Assembly: GCF_964204865.1 (NCBI RefSeq)
Contig: NC_135261.1
Span: 6,448,001-6,512,000, forward strand
From: Styela clava
Taxonomy: Eukaryota
Length of the DNA: 64,000 nucleotides
Reading direction: 5' to 3'
This document shows positions 26,227 through 39,234 of the stretch, piece by piece. The notes under the pieces are model-generated. The model saw nothing but the letters and a program-made list of their open reading frames with translations. It made no database searches and had not been told where the DNA came from. Every line of letters begins with the position of its first letter. The first letter of the stretch is position 1. Position numbers and translations under genes: made by a program.

Positions 26227-27517
26227 CAGGGGTTCCCAAACTTTTTTAACTTGCGGGACACTAACAACAAAGTTAAAATATCGCGGCACAGTTATTACAA
26301 ATCAGTTTTAATAAATCCTTTATACGTAAATATTATGCGTTTCGACAGTAAATAAAATTAAAAAAAGATTTCGTGGGTCAATTGTATAAAAATTCTTTAT
26401 CGTTTTTAGCCTTTTATTTCTGTCAGCGCATGAAATTAATATTTGCAAAATCATGAAAATGCAAATGGAAAAAATATTTTGTTGTACTATATATATATAT
26501 ATATATTGCAAGGGTGGCCAACGCATTGTTCGGGATCGACCGATCGCCACGTCTCGAGTATTCGATCGTGTCTGATGTTGAGTGAATTTGCCAAAATTTG
26601 AGATTATTCATTATTCGCTGTTTAGATAATACATGAATACTTTTCAAGGTTTTCTGAGGAATTGAAAACACTTGCGACTAAAAATTAGACAAGCCCTAGA
26701 ACTCTATTGTATGATTTGAATAAATCTAAATTGAATGATAAAAAATTTACTCGGGGTACAATCACAAAATCAAATTAACAAATTGAATGGAATATAAAAA
26801 ATGCAAATTTTTGTGGCAATTTCATTGAGCCGAGCTTATTGGCAGTGGTGGAATTTTTGTATGCGTGTGCGGTGCGGTTATCTGCGTATTCAGTATTCAT
26901 TCATTTTTATTGTGACCTTATGAACGATCAGTCGATCGCGAGCTATTTTGAAGATTTTAGTCAATCGCGGTTGGAAGCAGGTTGGCCACCCCTGATATAT
27001 TGTATTGCATATGTTTCCCTGATATATTGACAGAAAATTTGCATGGCAAAATTTGTGGAAAATTTAACAACTGTAAATATTCTTAAAAAGGCTCATCAGT
27101 TTCTTAACTACTGAAAGTTTGAAGAAGATTGTCTAGTTAAAGTCAAGTGACTTTGCTTTGGGCGAACTTGCATTAATTGTTGAATTGGGGTCGAAAACGT
27201 ATAACGCCTTATATAATGGAAAAATTGGGGCATATTACATCCTCTGGCGGTGGACAGAATAATAAATCTTTATACATGGTGACCAAAGAAAACGGAATCC
27301 ATACAATATGTTCCAAATGGACTGGATTCTGTTTTTTGGTCATCCTATATATATGTGGTACCAAACTACACCCGTTGATGATTGCAATGTAATGAAGTTC
27401 ATGTTGCAGTGTTGAATATTGGGAAAACATCTCAGGAATTTCGTGAAAATTCGCGGCACACTTTCAGGACCTTGGCGGCACACTAATGTTTCGCGCCACA
27501 CAGTTTGAGAAACCCTG
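26227..27517. mobile_element. Non-autonomous hAT element
   Basis: CAGGGGTTCCCAAAC...GTTTGAGAAACCCTG; TSD CACTAGTG/CACCAGTG. Confidence 0.75.
26509..26994. mobile_element. hAT MITE nested in 26227-27517
   Basis: CAAGGGTGGCCAAC...GTTGGCCACCCCTG; perfect 8-bp TSD ATATATTG. Confidence 0.8.
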
Positions 27518-27966
27518 CACCAGTGTTTTTATAAACACGAAATGGTCAGTATATTCGAAATGGAGCCAGTATATTCCGAATTGTGCGTCTAATGTATATA
27601 TCCCCTAATTGGAGACTTTCTTGAATAGATACTATTAATCGTATTATCGAGTACCACGTCTGATAGCTTGGAAATAACGATGTTCAATTATGGTTCACCT
27701 AGCTTTGGAAACTTGTGAATTGTATAAAGTTTTCAATATTATACTCAAGACACATGTCGCACAGTCGCGAATACGCGTCATCTTTGTAATTAAACCGGCA
27801 TGGGTTAACAATCGTAGAAATGTTTAAACCCACGACGATAGTATAGTGAAATATTCTTATATAAGGTTGACGGGGTGACTAAATATCATAACGAAAAGAA
27901 TCGAAATGAAGATCAATGTTTTAAACCCCACAATCAACCACAGAACAATCGGTTGTATTTGGTGGT

Positions 27967-28153
27967 TGTACTGTTTGATCCCCAACCAGATTGATTAAAA
28001 CAGATTTAACTTACGGATTTAACCCAGAACTCTATACTCGAAGTACACACGCTCGCAGCACACAAGATAAGACTGTATTCACTCGACCAATCAACACGGA
28101 GTTACATAATACAAAGTGACGTGTTACAGTGCACGAAATGAACAGACACTACA
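27967..28153 (-). repeat. 3' LTR of the Gypsy element
   Basis: Direct repeat of 34827-35013; adjacent to the PPT. Confidence 0.95.
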
Positions 28154-28406
28154 ATCCCTTTTTTTCCCAAAATAATCAGAAAACCCAATCAAATAAAACG
28201 ACACCTTTACAAATTTCAAAACATTGAAACAGTTTACCGACTAAATCAGTTCATTACATAATCATCAAATCTAGAAGGTAATTTAGAAGTTCTTTTTGGT
28301 CTGCTAGGTAGTTGTTCAGTCAAACTCTTATCAGAGTCATTTGGCAAATTCGTATTTGGAACCTTTTCAGACTGAGCAGCATCTGACAGATCAAAATTAT
28401 CGTCAT

Positions 28407-31037
28407 CACTTTCGATGCCAAGGACGTATATATACGTCATTTGGCGCCAACCGTTCCGTGCCATCAATGCAAAATGACGTATATATACGTCATTCGAAAA
28501 GGAAAAAGTTCAATAGATAGACGAAGGTCGAGTTCAGGTATTAGCCGTCTTTTTTTCTTCTCTCTCTCTCTCTTGTTGTCAAGTTGGGGGGAAAGAATGA
28601 CGTCGTCAGCCAATCGCGTCATTCAAGAAATACCGAGATGGAAGGAGGGTCTGCCATGAAGTAAATTATCAACTTATTTAGCATGGCCGAGGTACATATT
28701 AGCCGCAAATTATCATCAAAAATTTGTACGAGACCGACTGACGCCAACACACGGTTTCAACTTTTTACGGTGAAATGATTGAAAGGTGTGAGGAGAGATG
28801 ATAATATTATCAATCATGTTACGAAGATGTAGAAAAACATTACTAAACCGGGAAATAATTCGAATATTTTTATATGCATGATCGTCGTCTTATTGGCAGG
28901 ACGATGAAATGATTCAAAATGTTGGTATTTTTGAACGTTTTTTTAATTTTTTATCATTTTTGGGTAACGGATTGACGGACATCTGCAACGAAAGCAAATT
29001 TTATCGTCCTGAGAGGTGAAATGTTACATTTTGAAATAATAAAGTGAGAAATTGATATTATTCGGAACATATATTTTTCTACTTGTCAGTGAGATATGAT
29101 CCGAGATATAGTAATTTAGTGGGAAATATATTACCAATAACACAGAGCCCCTCGTATGCTTTCAGCTCATATTGAATTCCTTCCGTAGCTATTGTATAAC
29201 CATAATTATAGCAAAATATGCAATCCTACGACTTTGTGTCGGATGAACAAGTTCAATAAGCAGCCATGGCGTACTGATTACGTAGCTACGCAATAGCGAT
29301 CACGTGTCTGGCGCCACGAAGACGGGACTACGTGCAGTCGAGACGACTTGCGTAGCAAATTGCGTGAGATGACAATTTCGGAAAATCGTGTTCTTGACAG
29401 ATCAACTGACGAATTTTGATGAAGCTTCAAACCTTTTTATTATGTCAACTTAGAGACACCGGATGCGTATAATGAATATTGAAATTGCATTTGGAAATAC
29501 TTCATTTGCACGCCAATATTAGTTCAAATATCCACACAAATAAGTATTTGCTCGCTATAAATACCAGATTGAATGAAATGTTTGCCGAGGCAAGTAAAGA
29601 CTTCGAATTTCATCGTTTACTGACTGAACCCACCAAATCTGGAAGCGCCCGACGAAAACTCAGGAGCAATACTAAGATACAAACGCACCTGAAATGTATT
29701 ACGCATGTTTCGGTATTATCCGACACATCAGTCGTAGGTGAAAGAACTCACCTACACATGCGTATCTTGTCGGAATTGCTCTCTCATGCTATTATAACAT
29801 AAGTTGGAGATAACTTGTCTTGATCTCTCATTGCGATAAAGATTCAATTCGAACATTTTATTCAGCAATCAGAATCATTTTATTATACGAATATATCAAA
29901 TTCGAACAAAGAAAACAAAATCGTTTACTAGCATACAAATATATCCTTCATTCGCTATATATTGCAATAACATTAATAATGGCCAATTATTGTCACTCAC
30001 AAGGATAACATATTGCAAAATAAACAAAGTAGTCACATTGCATATTCATACAACTGTAACACATATGTATCTCTATGACCTCGTCACCATTACAATACGT
30101 CGAAAGTATTGAAATCGGCCTCTTATCTTGCCATAGTAGTGCGAGTAATTGTCCTTTTCGTAGTGAGATGATTTCCCCTTTCTTTAGTTTTGTTTTTATT
30201 TCTGCTGGAAGTCCCTTCCGGTTTGCCATGACTGTTCCCGTTATCGATGTTTTCCTTCGCTGCAATTCCTCGGCTAATGCGACAGAGTTATAGAGTCTAA
30301 ATTAAAAATGAATATTATTAAAAATTGGTTGTGATAAAACAGTTTATGCAATTGATTGATATATCCGACAATGATTCGTTATCTAAAATAGAACGCAGTA
30401 TGGTGCCGAGACGTAAATTATCTAATTTGTCTTATCAATACCGAATAATCAACATACCTATCAACAAATACGTGATATCCTCTATCCAGATGACTTTCCA
30501 TTAGTTGCAAAACTAAATTCGAAGTTTTTGTGACGCCGGGTGGAAGTTGTTCCAAGTTTGGATTACCATAATCTATTTTTACATTGAAAATGTATCCAGT
30601 TGTTGAATCAGCAATCGATCTAGCAATGATGCCCCATTTAACCGGTTTGTTTGGCATATATCTTCTGAATGAAACTCTTCCTTTATATTCCTTTATTGTT
30701 CAAATTTGATATTTTCGTATAATAAAATGATTCTGATTGCTGAATAAAATGTTCGAATTGAATCTTTATCGCAATGAGAGATCAAGACAAGTTATCATCA
30801 ACTTATGTTATAATAGCATGAGAGAGCAATTCCGACAAGATACGCGTGTGTAGGTGAGTTCTTTCACCTACGAATGAAGTGTCGGAATGAACGATAACTG
30901 ATGACACCGCTGGGTTCGCCCCTTTCCCGATGAATCAAAAACTAAATACGAGAGAGAATGAAGAGGAGAGAACTCTCTCGTTTTCACCTTGGCACGGAAC
31001 GGTAAAATTGAAAAAACTGATCTTGGCATCGAAAGTG
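28407..31037 (-). mobile_element. Internally deleted piggyBac-like DNA transposon nested in the Gypsy integrase tail
   Basis: 16-bp TIR CACTTTCGATGCCAAG; two GACGTATATATACGTC subterminal palindromes; internal transposase fragment; flanks TCAT and ATAA. Confidence 0.85.
30070..30696 (-). pseudogene. piggyBac (PGBD4-like) transposase fragment with a GT-AG intron (30457-30297)
   Basis: KGRVSFRRYMPNKPVKWGI...GYHVFVDR, spliced to LYNS...GTVMANRKGLP...WQDKRPISILST. Splicing restores the D-x-x-Y/F-x-S catalytic motif. Both ends are truncated. Confidence 0.8.
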
Positions 31038-34000
31038 ATAAACAATAGGTGTACGTTCATGAAACTTTTTAACATGAGTTACGTTTTTCTTGTATTTCAC
31101 CCCTTCAGGTGATTCTACAATTAAACTATTGCCTGTTTTATTTTTAACTGTAAAAGGTTCAGGCTTAAAATTTGGAGACAATTTGTTTTCAGTCTCTTGC
31201 TTTACTAACACTTGATCTCCTTCTTCAATATCATTTTCACAAGCTCTTCGCCTTTGATCAGCATATATCTTCCCCTTTCCTTTCATCTCAGAGTCATGAT
31301 CTCTGATACCTTGATCATCTAATGAATATTGTTGAATTGCAGGAAGTTTGGTTCGAAGTTTGCGTTTGAACATCAACTCTGCTGGAGATGCACCAGTTGT
31401 TGCATGTACTGAGCTTCTATACATCAATAGATAGGTATTTAAACTTTTCTTCCAGTTCTTGCCTTCAGCTTTTGCAATTTTCAATCTCTTCAATAGTGAT
31501 CTGTTTTGCCTTTCTATTTCCCCATTTGCAGCAGGATAATATGGTGTTGTCTTCCTGTGCTGGATTCCATTTTCCTTCAGGTATTCAGTTAGTTCATTGC
31601 TTGTTAAATTAGGAGCATTATCAGTAGTTATGCTATAAGGATAACCATGTCTAGAAAACATATCTTGTAGACTTTCGATTATTTTCTCAGATGTTGTAGA
31701 TTTCAAAATTGATATTTCATAATAACGGCTGTAATAATCAACAACAACAAATATACTTTCTCCAGATGGTAAAGGACCTAGTATATCTGCAGCAACATCT
31801 ACCCATGGACCATTTGGTAATTCAGTTCTCAACATCGGTTCGGGACGTTCAGATTGACCGGTCATTTGACATCCATAACATGATTTACAATATTTCTCAG
31901 CATCATTGTCTATTCCTGGCCACCAAACTTTTGTTCTTAGATTTTGTTTCATAGCGACTATTCCAGGATGTCCTTCGTGACAAATCGCTAAAACTCTATT
32001 TCGCAGTGTTGTAGGAATTACAATTCTAGTTCCTCTCAAGAGTAATTTTCCAATAACACTCAACTCTTGTTGTACTCTCAAGTAGTTTGTCAATTTTCCT
32101 TTCGGCCAGTTTTCGTTTTGCAAACATTCTCTTACTGAAGTCAATTCATTATCTTGGAATGATGCTCTTTCAATATCTCTGGTTGTCAATGCTCTTGGTG
32201 TTGCATGAATGGCAATGAATTTAACATATTCTTCAGTTTCATCTGACAATTTCTCGTTTCGTTCACCATTACTTTGGACTAGTCGAGACAATGTATCAGC
32301 AATATTTTTATGACCTGGTATATGCTTAACCTTATACATTTAAGGCATCATCCGTAGAACCCATCTCTCGATTCTCGCACTTGGTTTTGATTTGGTAGAA
32401 TAGATGAATTCAAGCGGTTTATGGTCAGTCAACAGTTCAAACTCGATACCATAAAGATACACATGAAATCTTTCGCATGCCCAAACTATTGCCAATGCTT
32501 CTTTCTCAGTCTGGGAATACCTTCTTTCCACATCAGTTAAACTTCGGCTTGCAAAGCAAATGACTCGTTTTTCGCCTTTTTGCTCTTGCACCAACACACT
32601 TCCAAGTCCTACTGGACTGGCGTCAGTTATAACTTGTGTTTTAGCATTTTTATCATAATATCCCAAAATGCTTGCATTTGACAGTCTTTGCTTTAATGTT
32701 TCGAACGAGAGTTTTTGTGCTCGACCCCATCTGAACTTTTCTCCTTTTCGTGTCAGCTTTCTCAATGGTTCCGACAACGTTGCGAGGTCGGAAATATATC
32801 GTGCACAAAATTGAGCTAAACCAAGAAAACTTCGTATTTCGCTAGCATTTTCAGGTTCTCTTGCGTTTTTGATAGCTTCGACTTTCGCTTTATCAGGACA
32901 AATTCCTTTGCTTGTTACAACGTGTCCCATAAATTCAATTCTGGGCATTCGGAAATGACATTTTTCTTTATTCAATGTGAGATTCAAATTTTGGATACGC
33001 ATTAGAAGCTTTTCCAATTTTTTATCATGATCGGTTTCATTTACCCCATGAACAACTATATCATCGAGAATATTTTGGACTCCATCAAGTCCTTGTAATG
33101 AGTGTTGCAATATTCTCTGGTACTGTTCCGGAGCAGAACTGATACCGAATAAAAGACGTTTATATCTGTATAACCCTTTATGAGTGGCAAACGTAGTTAT
33201 ACCTCTCGAGTTAGGATGCAATTCAATTTGATGGTAAGCCCATTTAATGTCCAATTTCGAAAACAGTTTACTTTCCCCAAAGTCTTGTAATATTTCATCC
33301 ACAGTAGGTATCGGATGCCTCTCTCGTATGATAGCACGGTTAGCTAATCGCATATCAATACATAAACGAATATCTTTGCCATTCCGTTTCGGAGATATCA
33401 CTGCCGGAGAAACCCAGGGAGTCGGACCATCTATTTTTTCAATAATATCCAAATTTTCTAGCTCATCGAGCTTGGCACTCACTTGGTCTCTCAAATTGTA
33501 GGGAATTCTACGGAACGGTTGGGCAATAGGTTTAACACTTTCATCGATAGGTAATTGCAATTGAAACCCTTTAAGTTTACCAAAACCTTCAAAACATTTA
33601 GAATATTTCCGCAAAATTTTAGACTTCTGACTAACAGAATTAACATCAGGACCAAGACCCAAATTTATAGATGCTTGTTTGAATTCAATAAAATCAACGG
33701 CTCCATTCTCAACCGAAACATGAGCTTGAAACACACCAGCTACATCTAATGGATAATCACTACCATAAGCAAAAAGATTTTTAGTAATTCGTCTCTGGTT
33801 AGAGCATTTTACATGGTTTTGTTTCAAATATTCCCAGGATTTACGATCAATAATATTACAACTGGCACCAGAATCAATTATCATTGGTAAATCTACACCC
33901 CCAATAGTAACTACTATTTTATCAGAATCAAATTTCGAAAAATTATACACATGAAAAGTAAAATTATCCTCAATTTTATTTAAATTCTTGCGGCCTGATT

Positions 34001-34789
34001 GAAGTTTCGATTTGCAACATCTAGCAAAATGGCCAATTTTCTTGCACTTTCTGCATTCTTTTGCTCGTGCTGGACATATTAAATCTCTGGCAAGATGTCC
34101 CACATTACCACATCTAAAACATGTCAGTTTTTCTTTTCTATTGGTAGAAAATGTATTTTGTACAGTCTTACTTTTCTTTCCTCCTCGTAGAAAATGAATG
34201 GTCTCATCATGATGAATTACTTTTGCTTGCGACTCTGCAGCTTCCCATGACCTTGATTTCTCTTGTAATTGTTTTAGAGTTAGTTTTCCACCTTTTCCAA
34301 GCAGAATTCGTCGTAACTCTTGGCTGAAACATTTTTCAATAACCTGGTCTCGAATCAAGTTTTCTATTTCCCCTTCGAATTCACAAGTTTCAGCTTTTTG
34401 CCGTAATCTGGTTACATATTGATCGATTGTTTCACCTTCATCCTGTGACATCTGTCTGAAAACATGCCTTTCAAACACAACATTCGTCTGAGGTATGAAA
34501 TATTCGTTCAGTTTTTCCACAGCTTCATTATAGTTGTCACCAGTATTTGTTAAAGTTTCGTGGAACAAAAGTGCAGCACGTTTTTGCGCTGGATTTGTTA
34601 TCGCTTTACTCGCAATGAAATACTCGAAAGATCTCTTCCAACTCCGCCATCTTGAACCGACATTTGTAGGGTCGCCATTGCAGTCAAATATTGGTAAAGT
34701 ATATTCTCTATTTTCATGGTTTGTATATGCCATTTCTTGAAAATATTCATATATACGTGTTCTACACGCTGTCCTTTATTATCCTCGTC

Positions 34790-34823
34790 GCACGCGTGGG
34801 TTCGAATCCCATCCTTATCGCCA
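34790..34823 (-). promoter_or_regulatory. Primer-binding site complementary to the 3' end of tRNA-Ser(GCT)
   Basis: Plus strand GCACGCGTGGGTTCGAATCCCATCCTTATCGCCA, 3 nt from the 5' LTR; matches the recalled metazoan tRNA-Ser(GCT) 3' end with 2 mismatches. Confidence 0.8.
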
Positions 34824-34826
34824 AAT

Positions 34827-35013
34827 TGTACTGTTTGATCCCCAAACAGATTGATTAAAACAGATTTAACTTACGGATTTAACCCAGAACTCTATACTCG
34901 AAGTACACACGCTCGCAGCACACAAGATAAGACTGTATTCACTTGACCAATCAACACGGAGTTACATAATACAAAGTGACGTGTTACAGTGCACGAAATG
35001 AACAGACACTACA
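34827..35013 (-). repeat. 5' LTR of the Gypsy element
   Basis: Direct repeat of 27967-28153; adjacent to the PBS. Confidence 0.95.
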
Positions 35014-36151
35014 GTGGTGAAAAGAATATTTTGTACTAAAGAAACACAGCCAACATGAGCGACCGGGAACTCCAGACAAAATGGCGACGACAATGCGAGA
35101 AATTTTAGTTACGTGACTTAACCAATGCTGCCATCTAGCGTTATGAATCAAAACATTCTGAAATCTGCCTGTTCCACGCATTTGGGGAATCATTTAACCC
35201 AAGAGAATATCCCTGCAGTCGAGAAAGGGTTCAAACGCTTCGGCATATTCAACATTAAAGTAAAATTGGAGGTGAGAGATCGATACGTTACATTAATGAT
35301 ATTTATAATACGTACTGTAGGACACCAGAACTTCGTGTGGTTACAACATAAAGTGATGCTGCGAGATGAAAGAGTGCGTAGTAATCGCCTGTGTGTCCTA
35401 GAGTGTTAATTTATTTGATTGAATGTAGCGGCGCCGTTATTTCCCAAGTCCTATTTTATTCTCTGTATAGATGAGACACAGTTCATTAGAGGTTTAGTAA
35501 AAGGGCCAAGGGCTTACAATTCTCCGGATCCCAGTATAAAATTTATCAAAAAATAGTAGTTTTCTACACCAATAATGTTCCTTGCTTCTGACGTTAATTT
35601 TTGAAACATGATGAACTTGGTCGCATAAGAAGATAAAAAGTTCACCCAAGCAATTGATCGATTATGTGGATTTAATTGTGAGCAAGAAATATAACACCCT
35701 TACAATTGCCTTATCACTCTCATAATAATAATATTGAGTTCTCTATTTCGTTCGATAACTCCAAAAGTTCGCAAAGCTCACTATGTTACCTAATTTTAAT
35801 TTATTAAATTTTGAAATGTTGATAAGTATATAATGATTCCGTTTATTATCAATCATTGAAAAATGTTACTAGCAAACAAAACGCACCACTTTATCTCAAC
35901 AATCAAAATCAATTTAATATGATCGATACTCTGAATACACGATTTTATAATAATAAAAGGTTTTTGATAAAGATCGAATTTACAATGAATATATAGATCC
36001 ACGGAAAAGTCGAAAGCATAAATTTGTGAATGAAAATGCAATTTACTCAATTTTTTAACAGTGCCATATTTTAGCAGAGTGACTATAAATATTGCTTCTT
36101 CTTTTGTTGAGATTATTTCCATTAATTGAAAGCCAAAAGGGAATTTTTCAA

Positions 36152-39074
36152 TTACTTCTCACACAGGTAGTATAGTTTGTAATTACACCTCAAATCTGCT
36201 ATCTGATATTGCAGAGGCTGGTACATACAAGCACATCGTTCATTTCGATCATTTGGTTCTCCCCTGCCCCATGGTGTATTATACGAAGTTGATGAAACTC
36301 CGTCCGACCATTTCCAGTTGTATTGTTTTTCAAGATCGTCAAGTCCTATCCAAATCGAATTTCCCGAACTTCTTATGAACTTGCCGAGAAGATCACTGAA
36401 AATAATATTATATTACGTTTAACTCGGACCAACAATATCAAATAATTTTAAAATTTTAAAAAGGAAATAGCGAAGTTCGACGTAATTCTCTTTAATAAAT
36501 TAGATTTTGAACACTCTTTTTCAATTTAAAATATAGATTGAAGGTAAAAGATTTGAGCCATTGATTGTGTCTTTTCATCATTAAATTGACTATTTTATAC
36601 CTCCCATCTGACAGTTGTTGTTGTTGTGAAAATACGCTCCTAGCGACTTCCAGATAAACCAATTAGATATTTACATCACTCAAAGATAGGTAGATGTATA
36701 CTGTCTATTCTAAATGTTTTGTTTCTAATCGGACCAAAGTTTCATCGGGAATTCAGTTTGTTCTGAGTTACAAAACAAACTACATAACTTTCAAACCCCA
36801 TACAAGAAAAAACATACTTGCTTTCCCACGGAATATATGCGATCGTCACAGAGTATTTTGTAACAGTTTTGATGTTTGATTATTATCGAGCCAAATGACA
36901 AACTATTATATTTGTAATATACAATGTTGGATTACCTGCGAATAGTTCGGCTTCGTATACCATTTGCTGCTAATCGGCCTCCCATGCGTTCGCAGTTTTT
37001 CTTAGCTGTTCGATAGTATGACGATACTTTGACTAATTTGTACCAATATGGGTAACTGGGAACACGATACCAACCATCTGCTACTAGTTTATCTGCAAAA
37101 GAACAAATTTAAATCGATATTAAATTGTTTGGCAGGTGTTTAGTATCAAATATTTCAATCTCATTGTCTTGACTCCCTCTGCCATATGAAAAAATATTTG
37201 TTCGATTAAGGTTTTAAACGGTTTATTGCATATTGATCATTTACCATCGGAACAAAACCAAAATTCTAAAGATCCTAAACTGAAGTTATATTTTTAAACT
37301 AATGCTATGTTATTGGCAGGAACATATATATAGGTTATCACATGCGAGACATACACAGCTAACAATGAAAAGTTTTTTCCTGAATAAAGAATTTTTTTAA
37401 CCTATAATACGGGTTTGAATTAAAGATAGTAGTAACCTGTTTGTTCGAGGATTTGAACTTTGCGTGCTAACTCATCATATCGTGAGCAATCACATGGTGT
37501 TCCGCTTTCTCCTTTAGCTCCCTGGCGTCCTGGAGCACCACTTTGTCCTGGTGTTCCTCTTTCTCCTTTAGCTCCCTGACGTCCCGTGGCGCCAATTTGT
37601 CCTGGTGGTCCGATATCACCTTTTGCACCTTCCGGGCCTTTCTTGCCTGGTCGACATGTTGTTTGACATTGAGAATCATTTGAGGCTGAACAATAATTAT
37701 GTAAGTTTAAAACAAGTTTTGAAAATGCATATACCGATGAAATTTATATTTTGAAAAATTTTCATTGAAGATTTTGTTGGTGTAATTTTTATCTGATAAT
37801 GAGATCAAAAGTCAAAACGTTTTTGTGTGTGTATATTTAATATATCAAACCAAAATATTAAACTAGATCTAGCGACAAGTCAGAGAACACTCTCGAAGTA
37901 TGCATTAGAAATGATTGCAATGGTAACGTATAGGAATAATTTATCTGGGACTAATGGCCGGGGAAACATCCACTGTCTATTGCAAGTCAGTCATCAGTTC
38001 AAAATAAATTTACCTTTTGTTACTGTTTCTCCGCTCTTTTCCATAACTAAGGATGTCATATCACATAATTTCACACCTGAAACAGAAAATTTAGTGCGTT
38101 GAAACGCGATAAACGATTATATATACTAACAAAATATTGCAATAAATGCAGGGTGACTCGCATAATCACAAAACCCCTAATTTTTTCAATTTCTTGAGTG
38201 TGATCGAGTAAATCATTTGATTAAATTATTACTTAAACTTCTGTTTAAGTATGATTGTGCCCAAAAGTTCATGAATCTAGGAAGGTTTGCGCAAAAGTTA
38301 TGTTTTCTCTAAAATATGTTCCTAATTACCTCCTAATTATAGGCAATGGAGACACTTGCATCCATTGCGCAAATTTGTCAATCACCCACTTATTTTTGCT
38401 GAATCACACTTGCTGCTGTCAGGGTATGTCAACAGCAAAAATATTGAATATCTGGATATAACACCGCCGAAGAGTCTGTGTCTGTCGCTAGTGTCTAAGA
38501 CAAAGGTGACAACCATGAAATTTTGCCCGCCAAGAAATTTCGTGCGTCCCGCGAAAAATTCATGCTATTCAGTCATATCCCTTTAGGAACTGTGCAAAGA
38601 AAACGGGAGCGAGAGGGTTATTCATAATACTGGCAACGATAGGCTACATCTAGTTCTGTCGGATCAACGACACCTCTAACAATGGATCAAAAGGGCATTC
38701 GTTTTAGCAAAAATTCGACTCAATGATAAAAACAATGGAAACCTTCGTTTATCATTTCTGTATCTGAAGGCTTGCGAAGCCTTCTTTTGTACAAAACCCC
38801 CACCATTAATGCGAAAATAGGAAATTTGAGAAAAACACCGACTATACACTAGACTTAACTCACATGACGTTGGCGAGCACGTTTTAACTTTTTCTCTCTC
38901 AATTTCTTCTAGTTTCTGTTCAAGCGCTTCCATTCTGATATCGTATTGATCGATATTTGCTGAAGGTAAATTTTCTGGACTAGTTGTGACAATGGCAATA
39001 TTTCTTTGATGTTCTTGAGCGCAACATTCAACTACGCACAGGAACATAAAAACGATGAATGTTAACAAACTCAT
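36152..39074 (-). CDS. Collectin-like protein c5 (divergent: 17 GXY triplets, short N-terminal spacer; EPN motif)
   Basis: Exons 39074-38864, 38076-38014, 37685-37437, 37092-36936 and 36395-36152 splice in frame. Ends GEPNDRNERCACMYQPLQYQIADLRCNYKLYYLCEK. Confidence 0.9.
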
Positions 39075-39234
39075 TTTGTAGTGAGAACCAGCACAAGAGT
39101 GTCGACTGAGACAATGACGATGTAATTGAGGTATACAAACGCTTTTTATATGGTGCTTCATTTTTTTATAGCAACGTGTGCCTTCTTTGTCAATTTTTGG
39201 GCGACGAGATGGCCTAGCGGTTAAAGCTCTAGTG

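Larger units (their letters stand above)
28246..34733 (-). pseudogene. Gypsy gag-pol polyprotein, interrupted by an in-frame TAA (32340-32342) and a DNA-transposon insertion (28407-31037)
   Basis: Two CCHC knuckles, protease IDSGAS, RT (LLFGISSAP, ILDD), RNase H (TDAS, TDHKPL), integrase HHCC and D,D(35)E. The C-terminal tail RPKRTSKLPSRFDDYV lies at 28246-28404. Confidence 0.9.
27967..35013 (-). mobile_element. Full-length Ty3/Gypsy LTR retrotransposon (Mag-like)
   Basis: Two 187-bp TG..CA LTRs with 2 mismatches; 5-bp TSD GTGGT; PBS at 34790-34823; PPT GGGAAAAAAAGGG at 28156-28168; single gag-pol frame in PR-RT-RH-IN order. Confidence 0.96.

Noticed and set aside
32340-32342. Programmed stop read-through between the two Gypsy ORFs
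   Set aside because: The TAA falls at the end of RNase H where Tyr/Phe is expected (RW.LR..PY), not at the gag-pol boundary, and the copy shows other apparent small deletions. Most likely a nonsense mutation.
34790-34823. tRNA gene
   Set aside because: Only the 3' third of a tRNA with encoded CCA, adjacent to an LTR; it is a PBS.
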